Shown here in pieces: positions 17,528 through 26,500 of a stretch of 60,407 bases of DNA. The notes under the pieces were generated by a model. The model did not search any database. It was not told where the DNA came from and saw nothing but the letters and a program-made list of their open reading frames with translations. This stretch comes from Parcubacteria group bacterium ADurb.Bin115. Its GTDB lineage: Bacteria > Patescibacteriota > Patescibacteriia > Patescibacteriales > UBA12465. A program made the translations under genes and the position numbers. Where the stretch lies: positions 1 to 60,407 of the forward strand of contig MWDX01000003.1 of NCBI GenBank assembly GCA_002070735.1, in the 5' to 3' direction. Position 1 is the stretch's first letter. The number at the start of each line of letters is the position of its first letter.

Positions 17528-18982
17528 TTAAACGGTTTTGCTCTTCGCGTCTAAACGCGGAAATAAAACCTCTCCTTTAATAATTTGTGCTTGCGTAAAT
17601 TGAGCGATAAGGCGTTTTGCGGTCGTCGGCAAAAAGGGCTGGAGCCTGGTAGCAATAATTAAAATCCTCTCAGCTAGAGGGCGCAAAACCGCCGCTATCG
17701 CTTCCCTTTCCGTCAGCTTCCAAGGAGCGCGGGCGCTAAGCTCTTCGTTGCAAGCGGTAATATCCTGCCAAATTGACTGAAGCGTGCGGCTAAATTGATA
17801 AGAAGCGAGATTTTCCTCTTTTGATAAATATCTCGCAGCCGCTTCATTATCAGTCGATAAAGAAGTAATGATATTATTTTTTTCTAAAAGATTACTGACA
17901 CGCGCCACTAAATTACCAAGACCATTGGCTAAATCGGCATTATATTTTTGAATTAATCTTTCTTCGGAAAAATCTCCGTCTTCAAAAGGAGGAATTTCCG
18001 TTAACAGATAATAGCGTAAAGCGTCAGCGCCGTACTGGGAGACCAGAGTAAAGAGGTCAACGCCGTTGCCTAAACTTTTGCTTATTTTCTGGCCGTTAGC
18101 GGTTAAAAAGCCGAAAATTAAAACTTGACGCGACAAGGGTAGACCGGCAGATAAAAGCATCGCCGGCCACATTGCCGTCTGCTGGCGTAAATTATCCTTT
18201 CCACAAACCTGAACAGCCGGCCAAAAAGCTTGAAAATTTTCTTCATTATTGGGCCAGCCTAAAGTCGATATATAATTAACGAGAGCGTCGAACCAGACAT
18301 ACATTACCTGTTCATCGTCTCCGGGAACGGGTACACCGTTTGGCATCTTCGACTTTAAGCGAGAAACACTGAAATCCTGCAAACCGGCGGCGACAAAATT
18401 CTTAATTTCCGTAAAACGATGAGAGGGAATGATAAAATCCGGATGATTTTTATAAAAATCAAGGAGAGGCTGTTGATATTTAGAAAATCTAAAAAAATAA
18501 TTATCCTCTTCAATCAGTTCTAATTCCCTGTTGGGATGCAACGGACAGCGACCGTCAACTAATTCTGATTCAGTTTTTTCCAATTCACAACCGACACAAT
18601 ATTTAACGCTATAGGTTTTTTTATAGATATCGCCGTTTTCCGCGCAGCGCCGCCAAAATTCCTGGGCCGCCTTTTCATGGTAATCGTCAGAGGTGCGAAT
18701 AAAATTAGTAAAACTCAAATCTAAGACTTTTTTTAAAGAGGCAAAACGAGCGGCGTAATAGTCGCAATAAGCCCGCGGAGACAAACCGGCCGCCTTGGCT
18801 TGTTGGAAAATTTTCAAGCCGTGTTCATCGGTGCCGGTATTAAAAACGACCTGTTTCCCAGCAAGACTTTGCCAGCGGGCAATGACGTCAGCTTTAATCA
18901 ATTCAGCGGCAAAACCGAGGTGAGGATCGGAATTAGTATAAGCTAAAGTAGTGGTAATATAAAAATTATTTTCTTTAGACAT
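17528..18982 (-). CDS. metG: methionyl-tRNA synthetase (short form)
   Basis: It has a HIGH-type motif (SDPHLGFA), a Cys knuckle (CVGCELEK...GRCPLH) and a KMSKS-type motif (KISKSLGN). Confidence 0.93.
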   Translation of the reverse strand: MSKENNFYITTTLAYTNSDPHLGFAAELIKADVIARWQSLAGKQVVFNTGTDEHGLKIFQQAKAAGLSPRAYCDYYAARFASLKKVLDLSFTNFIRTSDDYHEKAAQEFWRRCAENGDIYKKTYSVKYCVGCELEKTESELVDGRCPLHPNRELELIEEDNYFFRFSKYQQPLLDFYKNHPDFIIPSHRFTEIKNFVAAGLQDFSVSRLKSKMPNGVPVPGDDEQVMYVWFDALVNYISTLGWPNNEENFQAFWPAVQVCGKDNLRQQTAMWPAMLLSAGLPLSRQVLIFGFLTANGQKISKSLGNGVDLFTLVSQYGADALRYYLLTEIPPFEDGDFSEERLIQKYNADLANGLGNLVARVSNLLEKNNIITSLSTDNEAAARYLSKEENLASYQFSRTLQSIWQDITACNEELSARAPWKLTEREAIAAVLRPLAERILIIATRLQPFLPTTAKRLIAQFTQAQIIKGEVLFPRLDAKSKTV

Positions 18983-18986
18983 AAAT

Positions 18987-19688
18987 CTATTTTATTTTTC
19001 TGATTAAAACTACAAATTCTCCTTTTTGCATATCAACATCTTTTTCCAGTAAACCTAATAATTCTTCGGGAGAACCACGATAAATACTTTCAAACATTTT
19101 GGTGAGCTCTCGGGCTAAAATCATGTCCACCCTCTTGCCAGTCTTAGCTTTAAGTATAATAATTTCTCGCAAGCACTTAGCGAGACGATGTTTTGATTCG
19201 TAGAAAACCGAGGGATAAGAGCTATCTAAAAGATCTTTTAACATCGTTTGTCTGCCCTTTTTGTGCGGCAAGAACCCGAAGAAAGTAAAACGATCAACCG
19301 GCCAGCCCGATATTGATAAAGCGCTGATAAGAGCACTGGGTCCGGGTAGAGGGGTAACTGTCAGTTTCCCGCCATATTCAGATAAAGCGGAGGCCACTAA
19401 GGCCGAACCGGGGTCAGATATTCCCGGAGTGCCAGCATCCGATACTAATACTAAATTCTTCCCCTCGCCCAAATAGCGCAGAAGTTGGGCAGTCTTGCCC
19501 GGTCCAGAGTGCTGATGATAGGAAATCGTCGGCGTTTTAACTTCATATTTATCAAGCAAAGCCTTGGTAGTGCGAGTGTCTTCACATAAAACATAATCGG
19601 CCTCACGCAGAATGCGCAAGGCTCTCAGACTGATGTCCTCTAAATTACCAATAGGCGTCGCCGCCACGAAAAGTGTGCCTAAGGCCAT
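18987..19688 (-). CDS. rsmI: 16S rRNA (cytidine1402-2'-O)-methyltransferase
   Basis: It carries TPIGNLEDISLRAL..ADYVLCEDTR and has a tetrapyrrole-methylase-fold length. Confidence 0.9.
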   Translation of the reverse strand: MALGTLFVAATPIGNLEDISLRALRILREADYVLCEDTRTTKALLDKYEVKTPTISYHQHSGPGKTAQLLRYLGEGKNLVLVSDAGTPGISDPGSALVASALSEYGGKLTVTPLPGPSALISALSISGWPVDRFTFFGFLPHKKGRQTMLKDLLDSSYPSVFYESKHRLAKCLREIIILKAKTGKRVDMILARELTKMFESIYRGSPEELLGLLEKDVDMQKGEFVVLIRKIK

Positions 19689-19690
19689 AA

Positions 19691-21433
19691 TTAAACCATA
19701 TTATCTTTTCTTTCTTTAACATATTTAGTCCATTCTTCTGCAATGTCGACCAAAATTTTAAAGGGAGCTTCAATAATAAAATCAAAGATAAAGATAAAAA
19801 TATTAATCCGCGAAACATTCCTAGAAAGCCATTTACCCGCCATAATAATCGGCATGTAAAAAAGGTCGAGTAAAAAGGAAAACAGGTTTTCTTTCTTTTC
19901 CACCACTAGTAATTCCTTAACGCCACGAGTGACAATAATGCTAAAAAAACTCACAAACGCCAAAAAGAATAGGAAAATAGTAATACTCACCCAATTAAAA
20001 TTAACCTTTGTCAGTGCCCAGATGATAAAATAAATAGAGACAAAGAAAGCAACGCCATAAATAAGGTTAAAAATAAAGTTCATTACCCCTCCCCTTTTCT
20101 TGGGGTTACGCAAAACAATTGGCTGTTGACGTTCCGAGCCGACAAAAGCAATTTCTTTAACACCCTCAACTATCCGGTCGGTGTTGTCGTCCCCGGGAAT
20201 ACGAGTAAAAGAAACAACAAAGAAAAGAAGTATGGCCGGAAAAGAGATGTTGATAGCTAGAGCCACCGGATTTAGGGGTTCGTTAAACCAATGGATGGCC
20301 GGGACTTCTATTAAAAAAACAAAAATAGATTTGGTTAAAAAAATATAAACAATACTGCGTAAAGCCGCTCGCCATAACCTGCTTTTCGCTTTCTTATATT
20401 TCTTATTACAAACTTTACGGACAGAACTAATAAAGGTATTAGGGTTCTGTTTAAATTCATTATAAACTTTAGCCGGATCACCGTCGATTGTTTCCTGCAA
20501 AACAGTAAAATAAAGAGAGTAACGTTGCACTAAACGGTCGAGTTGTTTCTGTAAAGGATGTTTTAATTGATAATCAATGCTCGCCCGAAGATTATTAATA
20601 TTAGAGGCTATCTCCTTAATTTTCTCATCGGCGGGAGCAAACATCGGGTCGATTTTATCTCCAATCCAGCCTTGATTGTAATATTTAAACAAAACAAAAG
20701 AAAGCATATCCGTGTCAAAGCGAGAATAAGTGCGGCTAATACTGAGATAGATCTGAATGTCTAAATCTTGACCATAGGGCAAATCTGGCGGCAACTTCAA
20801 AATACGGCTAAGCGTGTCAAACATAACGTTAACCATCGCTTGCTTGGTTTGATTGCGGATAAGATTTTCTTCTATTTCGCAAGCAGCCAAATTTAAAATC
20901 CAAACGACCAGACGATTTTTTTCCTGGATATCATTTTTAGCCTTATTTAAATCAGTCTTAAGGCCGAAGTCTGAATCGAAGGCCCTTAAACACTCCTGTC
21001 TGAGACGTAAATATTTATTTAAAATATGAGACACCTCCGCCACTTTAGTCTCAGGCAAAGAATTGTTGGGCAGATAGCTGGCTTGTATTAATTCGGATAA
21101 TAGATGCCGAGATAAGTCTTCGGTACTCGGCATTTTTAATAAGCCTTCAATTACTATCTGGCGCTTTAAAATACGCGCGATAGCATTTTTTCTAAGAAGA
21201 TGATCCTCCTTATAATCAACAGTGTTTCTTATTTTTTCATAAAAGAAGGCCATTTTGGAAATCAACTCAGAAACCTGCAAACGAGGCGATTCGTCGTCAT
21301 CATCAACTTTACGGTTTAAATCATTATAAATCGCCTGAAAAAGTTTTTTGGCATTATCGTTTAACTCTTCACTACTGCTTTCAATTTTTTTAGTGACTAA
21401 ATTAGGGCTAACCATATAGATTTTTTCATTCAC
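19691..21433 (-). CDS. large hypothetical membrane protein (soluble helical N-domain plus about 5 C-terminal TM helices)
   Basis: This 580-aa ORF is 2 nt upstream of rsmI. It has hydrophobic segments from about residue 350. I cannot name a family with confidence. Confidence 0.6.
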   Translation of the reverse strand: MNEKIYMVSPNLVTKKIESSSEELNDNAKKLFQAIYNDLNRKVDDDDESPRLQVSELISKMAFFYEKIRNTVDYKEDHLLRKNAIARILKRQIVIEGLLKMPSTEDLSRHLLSELIQASYLPNNSLPETKVAEVSHILNKYLRLRQECLRAFDSDFGLKTDLNKAKNDIQEKNRLVVWILNLAACEIEENLIRNQTKQAMVNVMFDTLSRILKLPPDLPYGQDLDIQIYLSISRTYSRFDTDMLSFVLFKYYNQGWIGDKIDPMFAPADEKIKEIASNINNLRASIDYQLKHPLQKQLDRLVQRYSLYFTVLQETIDGDPAKVYNEFKQNPNTFISSVRKVCNKKYKKAKSRLWRAALRSIVYIFLTKSIFVFLIEVPAIHWFNEPLNPVALAINISFPAILLFFVVSFTRIPGDDNTDRIVEGVKEIAFVGSERQQPIVLRNPKKRGGVMNFIFNLIYGVAFFVSIYFIIWALTKVNFNWVSITIFLFFLAFVSFFSIIVTRGVKELLVVEKKENLFSFLLDLFYMPIIMAGKWLSRNVSRINIFIFIFDFIIEAPFKILVDIAEEWTKYVKERKDNMV

Positions 21434-21486
21434 TATTTATTTTATCTTGTTTACCCCGAAAAAGCAACGTCCAAAAATTCAGGATC

Positions 21487-21515
21487 TTGACAGTAACAAG
21501 CGATTTCGCTAATAT
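21487..21515 (+). promoter_or_regulatory. sigma-70-type promoter for secE-nusG
   Basis: TTGACA, a 17-nt spacer, then TAATAT. It lies about 60 nt upstream of secE. Confidence 0.5.
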
Positions 21516-21575
21516 ATAAACAGATACAAAAAGCAGCCTTGAAGGCTCTTTTTAATATTACAAATTTTATTTAAT

Positions 21576-21761
21576 ATGAGCAAAATTAGCCGCTACTTCC
21601 AAGAGTCTCTGGAAGAAATGAAAAAAGTCACTTGGCCAACAAAAAAAGAAACCTATAATTATACTGTCTTGGTAATCGTCATTTCTTTGGCGGTGGCCGC
21701 CTTTTTAGGCATCCTGGACTATGGCTTCAATCTTGGCCTTAAAGAACTTATTATTCAATAA
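21576..21761 (+). CDS. secE: preprotein translocase subunit SecE
   Basis: It has 61 aa, EMKKVTWPTKKET followed by one TM helix, and lies immediately upstream of nusG. Confidence 0.9.
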   Translation: MSKISRYFQESLEEMKKVTWPTKKETYNYTVLVIVISLAVAAFLGILDYGFNLGLKELIIQ

Positions 21762-21821
21762 ATTTCTTCGACAAACAAGCGCCTGAGCACATCAAAAAAG
21801 CTCGGCCTATATTTTAAATTT

Positions 21822-22367
21822 ATGGCTAAACAACTTTTAAATCAAGGACGGCGATGGTACGTTCTTCACACTTATTCTGGATATGAAGAGAATGTCGCCC
21901 AGAATCTGAAACAGAGAGTTGAATCGCTGGATATGGAGGATAAAATTTTTAATATTCTCATTCCGACAGAAAAAAAAATTAAGATTAAAAATGGTAAGCG
22001 CAAGGTCGTAGAAGAAAAGATCTTTCCTGGATATATTTTGGTGGAAATGGAAGTAACCGACGATTCTTGGTACGTCGTGCGCAACACGCCTAATGTCACC
22101 GGTTTTATCGGTACCGGCACCATTCCTACTCCGATTAGCGAAACTGAAGTAAAAGCCCTACAAAAACGCATGGGCGTTGAAGACCCCAAGTTCACAATTG
22201 ATGTGGTTGTCGGTTCTCCAGTTAAAATCAACGAAGGCCCCTTTAAAAACATGGAAGGCAAAGTTACCAGCATCGATGAAGCCAAGGGTAAAGTTAAAGT
22301 TTCGGTTTCCATGTTCGGACGCGAAACTCCTATTGAACTCGATTTTCTCCAAGTTAAAAAATCTTAA
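21822..22367 (+). CDS. nusG: transcription termination/antitermination factor NusG
   Basis: It has the NGN domain (WYVLHTYSGYE) and a KOW motif (GSPVKINEGPFKNMEGKV). Confidence 0.95.
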   Translation: MAKQLLNQGRRWYVLHTYSGYEENVAQNLKQRVESLDMEDKIFNILIPTEKKIKIKNGKRKVVEEKIFPGYILVEMEVTDDSWYVVRNTPNVTGFIGTGTIPTPISETEVKALQKRMGVEDPKFTIDVVVGSPVKINEGPFKNMEGKVTSIDEAKGKVKVSVSMFGRETPIELDFLQVKKS

Positions 22368-22432
22368 TTAATCAAGCCGCCGCGCCCGCTTCTAGCGCTA
22401 AAGCTTAATCATTTAAAGACTGAATTAAAGAT

Positions 22433-22858
22433 ATGGCTAAAAAAATAAAAACAAAAATTAAATTACAAATTGCCGGCGGCCAAGCCAATCCAGCGCCACC
22501 AGTCGGTCCGGCTTTAGGCCAGCACGGCTTAAACATTGCCGAGTTCTGTCAAAAATTCAATGAAGCTACCCGCGATAAAATGGGCGATATCATTCCGGTA
22601 GAAATTACTGTTTATGAAGATAGAACTTATAACTTCATCCTTAAAACTCCGCCCGCTTCCGAATTATTAAAAAAAGCCGCCGGTATCAAGAAAGGCTCCG
22701 GCCAGCCCCGCTTAGACAAAGTTGGTCAAATCACTAAAGCACAATTAGCCGAAATCGCTAAAGTTAAGATGCCCGACCTCAACGCTCGCGATTTGGACGC
22801 CGCGATGAATATCATTGCCGGCACCGCCAGACAAATGGGCGTAGAAATTAAAGATTAA
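22433..22858 (+). CDS. rplK: 50S ribosomal protein L11
   Basis: [26 protein letters not shown] is the canonical L11 sequence. Confidence 0.97.
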   Translation: MAKKIKTKIKLQIAGGQANPAPPVGPALGQHGLNIAEFCQKFNEATRDKMGDIIPVEITVYEDRTYNFILKTPPASELLKKAAGIKKGSGQPRLDKVGQITKAQLAEIAKVKMPDLNARDLDAAMNIIAGTARQMGVEIKD

Positions 22859-22871
22859 TTATTTAATAATT

Positions 22872-22912
22872 GTGGGAGTCCTGGCAATTAAAGCCGGACG
22901 TTAACTCACCAC
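22872..22912 (+). promoter_or_regulatory. candidate L1-binding stem-loop upstream of rplA
   Basis: GTGGGAGT (22872-79) pairs with ACTCACCAC (22904-12), leaving a bulged A. An inner helix pairs CUGGC with GCCGG. This gives an asymmetric-loop helix with a GGGAG element 10 nt before the rplA start. Confidence 0.3.
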
Positions 22913-22922
22913 GACAAAAAAT

Positions 22923-23639
22923 ATGTCAAAAAAAGAAGAAAAAAAAGTGGCTGCGCCCGTAACTAAAAAAAAGGCTAAAGATTTTTCCGCTATTTATGAT
23001 CACCTTAAAGCCTATCCCTTAGAAGAAGCGATTAGCCTCGTAAAAAAATTAAATAAGACTAAATTCGACCCCTCTTTGGAAGTGCATATTCGCTTGGGCA
23101 TCAACCCGAAAAAAAGCGAACAGCAAGTACGCGGCGCCGTCAGTCTGCCCCACGGTACTGGCAAAAGCGTCAGAGTGGCCGCCTTCGTTTCTCCGGCCAA
23201 TGAAGCTGCTTGTAAGGCGGCCGGAGCGGAATTTGTCGGCGGCGATGAACTCATCGCTGAAATCAAGAAAACAGAAAAAACTGAATTCGAGGTAGCGATT
23301 GCCGAACCTTTAATGATGAAAAATTTGGCTGCTATCGCTAAAATTTTAGGTACTCGCGGCCTAATGCCCTCCCCTAAGAATGACACCGTCTCCCCCACTC
23401 CGGCAAAAGCGGTAGAGGAATTAAAAAAAGGAAAAATAAGCTTTAAAAATGACGATACCGGCAACCTCCACACTGTTATCGGTAAGCTCAGTTTTGATGA
23501 CAAGAAATTGGCGGAAAATTTTCAAACCTTAATGGAAACTATCCGCAAGGCCAAACCGGCCACCGCTAAAGGCTCATATATTAAGAATATTGCCATTTGC
23601 TCTTCAATGAGTCCCAGCGTGAAAGTCGTTATCTCCTAA
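22923..23639 (+). CDS. rplA: 50S ribosomal protein L1
   Basis: It carries RLGINPKKSEQQVRG.VSLPHGTGK, has typical L1 length and lies downstream of rplK. Confidence 0.96.
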   Translation: MSKKEEKKVAAPVTKKKAKDFSAIYDHLKAYPLEEAISLVKKLNKTKFDPSLEVHIRLGINPKKSEQQVRGAVSLPHGTGKSVRVAAFVSPANEAACKAAGAEFVGGDELIAEIKKTEKTEFEVAIAEPLMMKNLAAIAKILGTRGLMPSPKNDTVSPTPAKAVEELKKGKISFKNDDTGNLHTVIGKLSFDDKKLAENFQTLMETIRKAKPATAKGSYIKNIAICSSMSPSVKVVIS

Positions 23640-23641
23640 TC

Positions 23642-23670
23642 TTGACTTTTTATTTAAAAAAAGTTAAAAT
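23642..23670 (+). promoter_or_regulatory. sigma-70-type promoter for the RRM gene
   Basis: TTGACT, a 17-nt spacer, then TAAAAT, starting 3 nt after the rplA stop. Confidence 0.45.
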
Positions 23671-23675
23671 TCAAG

Positions 23676-23778
23676 CGTAAGTTTTGTTAGAAACAGGAGC
23701 GGCTAGTCCGTATTGCTTCAATCGAAACGATACAGACTGGCCACTTTCTGTTTATAGGCAACAAAAGGTCGCCTTACG
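23676..23778 (+). promoter_or_regulatory. ~103-nt extended imperfect hairpin in the 5' leader of the RRM gene
   Basis: Nested pairings read by eye are CGTAAG/CTTACG, TTTTGTT/AACAAAA, AAACAG/CTGTTT, GGCTAGTC/GACTGGCC (one G-U) and GTATTG/CGATAC (one G-U). That is about 35 bp in total. Confidence 0.55.
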
Positions 23779-23839
23779 AATTTGTAAATACAAATATCTG
23801 ATTAAGCCTTAACCGGGCGAAACAGATAAAAGCAAACAC

Positions 23840-24097
23840 ATGAAAAAGTTATTTGTCGGCGGTTTGTCTTTCCAGACTACCGAAGATGTATTAGCGGACG
23901 CCTTTGCCAAGGCTGGCACTGTCGTTTCTGCTGTTATCATTAAGGACCGCATGACTCAGCGCTCCAAGGGCTTTGGCTTCGTGGAGATGGAAACTGAGAA
24001 AGAAGCACAAGCCGCGATTGCTATGTGGAATGGCCAGGAATTAGATGGTCGCCGCGTCGCTGTCAATGAGGCTCGCCCCTTGGAAAAGCGCTTCTAA
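23840..24097 (+). CDS. RRM-type RNA-binding protein
   Basis: It has RNP-2 (LFVGGL) and RNP-1 (KGFGFVEM) and is an 85-aa single-RRM protein. Confidence 0.92.
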   Translation: MKKLFVGGLSFQTTEDVLADAFAKAGTVVSAVIIKDRMTQRSKGFGFVEMETEKEAQAAIAMWNGQELDGRRVAVNEARPLEKRF

Positions 24098-24132
24098 GCA
24101 AAACAATCAATTTAATTGAAATAGCTAGAACA

Positions 24133-24163
24133 AAAAATCGCCCTTTATTCAGGGGCGATTTTT
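24133..24163. terminator. bidirectional rho-independent terminator (convergent RRM gene and PPIase gene)
   Basis: AAAAATCGCCC, a 9-nt loop, then GGGCGATTTTT. Confidence 0.7.
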
Positions 24164-24182
24164 AAATGCCGGCAAATAATAG

Positions 24183-24968
24183 TTATTTAACCAGAGAAAT
24201 ACTTTCTATCACCATATCAGTGGTCGGATGATCATTCTCATTAACAGCGGCAGCTTCAATCTTACGCACCACCTCCATGCCAGAAACAACCTCACCAAAA
24301 TTAGTATGAGCACCGTCAAGCCAAGGCGTAGCCTCAGCGGTAACGATAAAGAATTGGGAGCCGTTGGTGCCTGTACCGGCGCCGCTATTAGCCATCGCTA
24401 AAGAACCGGCTACTAACTTATGGGAATTAATTTCATCTTTAAAATAATAGCCAGGGCCGCCAAAACCATCATTAGACCAATCGTCATCCTTACTGTTAGG
24501 GTCGCCTCCTTGAATCATAAAACCCTTGATAACACGATGGAACTTGCTGTTGTTATAAAATCCAGCCTGAGCCAGATACATAAAATTATTGACCGTCACC
24601 GGAGAATCATTCTTATAGAATTTTACCGTGATATCGCCCTGGTTTGTCTTAATGATAGCGCCACTATATTTAGATAATAAATCAGGCTGATAATCAGGGG
24701 CCTGCACTTTAGAAGAAGATAAATCTACTTGAGAGCCTGCAACCGCGGTTGACGCTTCGCTCGGATTAGTATCAGCGAAAAATTCTCCTAATTCAGGCTT
24801 TTTTTCGGGAATCTTCGCCTTGTCTTTACTAACTGTATTAACAACAACCTCTTCGTCTTGGATGTCCATATTATCATTAACGTTAGGAGTCTCAGTGGTA
24901 CAAGCGGACAATAATAAAATAAATGATGCCAAACCTGCCACCAAGAACAATTTATAAAATGTTTTCAT
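24183..24968 (-). CDS. cyclophilin-type peptidyl-prolyl cis-trans isomerase, lipoprotein
   Basis: It has a lipobox (LLLSAC) after MKTFYKLFLVAGLAS and a cyclophilin core (FHRVIKGFMIQGGDP...GSQFFI). I preferred the ATG at 24968 over the upstream TTG listed in the ORF track. Confidence 0.88.
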   Translation of the reverse strand: MKTFYKLFLVAGLASFILLLSACTTETPNVNDNMDIQDEEVVVNTVSKDKAKIPEKKPELGEFFADTNPSEASTAVAGSQVDLSSSKVQAPDYQPDLLSKYSGAIIKTNQGDITVKFYKNDSPVTVNNFMYLAQAGFYNNSKFHRVIKGFMIQGGDPNSKDDDWSNDGFGGPGYYFKDEINSHKLVAGSLAMANSGAGTGTNGSQFFIVTAEATPWLDGAHTNFGEVVSGMEVVRKIEAAAVNENDHPTTDMVIESISLVK

Positions 24969-25009
24969 AAAATTATATTTTAACGCTTTTAAAAGCGAAT
25001 TAATAAAAA

Positions 25010-26476
25010 TCAAACTTTAAAGCGCCGCTGAAGAGACTGGTCGTCGTCATCACGCTTTTCCTCAATCAATTTACGAGCTTGCTCGCGAATTTCGTCAAGA
25101 TTCTGCTCCTTTATTTTCTCCGCCCGCGCTAAAAGATAGGAACGTTCATTACGAGCTGGGTCTTCCAAAACTTCCCCTAAAAGCACATCAAGAATAGCTC
25201 CAAATTTCGGTCCAGGCGTCAGTTTTAACACTGATATTAAATCATCGCCATTGATAGCGAGCATTTTGACGGAGACTGGATCATTCTGAACCTTTTCCAG
25301 CATATACTGTAAGTGCCTTAAATTATAGGGCATAGCCTTTGGCGTACCAGAGCCAAGTCTATCGGCAACCCGCAAATAAATTAAGTCCTGTAAATTTTCC
25401 CTTCCCACCTTACTAATTAAACGTCTAACGGAAGCGGCGCTTACCTCACCGACGTTATAATAGAACATATGATTTTTAACCAGGTTCACCACTTTTTCTC
25501 GGTCTTCATTCTTGAACTTCAAGCGCGTCATTATCCTATCTACCATTTTTGCACCAACATATTCATGATTATAAAAAGTAACCTGACCGTTAATTAAGCG
25601 CCTAGTTTTTGGTTTGGCGATATCATGAAAAAGAGCGGCTAAACGTACGGTCCATTCCTGACTGGGACAATATTTTAATGACAGCAAATTATGTTTGAAA
25701 ACTGGGTAGATGTGGTGATGATTTTGGCGCACACCCACTCCCTGTTCCAATTCAGGGATGATATATTGCAAGAGTTTAGCCTCATGTAAAGCCGCGATAC
25801 CTTCCGCCGGCTGATTAGAAGCGATAATCTTGATTAATTCGTCGCGAATGCGCTCTTTGGCTACAAACTTAAGACTACCGGCTAATTTAACGACCCCACG
25901 CTGAGTCTTTGGTTCTAAAGAAAAACCTAATTGAGCAGAAAAACGAATCGCTCTCATCATCCTTAAGGCATCTTCCTTAAAACGGTCAGATGGCTCGCCC
26001 ACGGCTCTTATCACTTTTTTATGAATATCCTTTAAGCCACCAAACAAATCAACTAAACGAAAATGCCGACCGCTCCACTCATATTCGCCGGCTTTATCCA
26101 AAATTAAAGCCATAGCGTTAATCGTAAAATCGCGTCTTTCTAAATCTTTTTCCAAAGAATTTTCAAATTTAATCTCATCCGGATGGCGCCGATCAGAATA
26201 AGCCTGTTCACTACGATAGGTGGTAACTTCTACTACGTCAGATAAAGAACCATCACTAGTACGACAAGGAATAATGACGGTGCCGAAATCATTCTCATAC
26301 TTTGCTTCGGGAAATAGTGATAATATTTCTGGCGGCTTAGCTTGAGTAGTTAAATCCCAATCTTTTGGCTGTTTATTCATTAAAAGATTACGCACGGCAC
26401 CGCCGACTATCTCTACGCTAAAACCGGCCGACATCAGCCTCTCCATTATTTCTAAAATATAATCAGGAATCATCAT
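25010..26476 (-). CDS. cca: CCA-adding tRNA nucleotidyltransferase with HD domain
   Basis: It carries GGAVRNLL..KDWDLTT, RDFTINA and an HD region (LFHDIAKP). Confidence 0.9.
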   Translation of the reverse strand: MMIPDYILEIMERLMSAGFSVEIVGGAVRNLLMNKQPKDWDLTTQAKPPEILSLFPEAKYENDFGTVIIPCRTSDGSLSDVVEVTTYRSEQAYSDRRHPDEIKFENSLEKDLERRDFTINAMALILDKAGEYEWSGRHFRLVDLFGGLKDIHKKVIRAVGEPSDRFKEDALRMMRAIRFSAQLGFSLEPKTQRGVVKLAGSLKFVAKERIRDELIKIIASNQPAEGIAALHEAKLLQYIIPELEQGVGVRQNHHHIYPVFKHNLLSLKYCPSQEWTVRLAALFHDIAKPKTRRLINGQVTFYNHEYVGAKMVDRIMTRLKFKNEDREKVVNLVKNHMFYYNVGEVSAASVRRLISKVGRENLQDLIYLRVADRLGSGTPKAMPYNLRHLQYMLEKVQNDPVSVKMLAINGDDLISVLKLTPGPKFGAILDVLLGEVLEDPARNERSYLLARAEKIKEQNLDEIREQARKLIEEKRDDDDQSLQRRFKV

Positions 26477-26500
26477 GCGTAATTAAGGGATAAAAATCAG

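Noticed and set aside
21872-22312. There are long antisense or alternative-frame ORFs inside well-supported genes. Examples are 21872..22312 opposite nusG, 23012..23503 opposite rplA, 8057..8439 opposite dnaX, 13077..13425 opposite rpmA, 14104..14493 opposite pyrG and 34682..34993 opposite rlmN.
   Set aside because: They are shadow ORFs. Each is fully embedded in a gene with strong family motifs, has odd composition and shows no independent start or termination signals.
23676-23778. The hairpin after rplA might be an L10 (rplJ) leader.
   Set aside because: The downstream gene is an RRM protein, not rplJ, and I could not recognise the kink-turn-like features expected of the L10(L12)4 site. 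It is kept as an unexplained structure instead.
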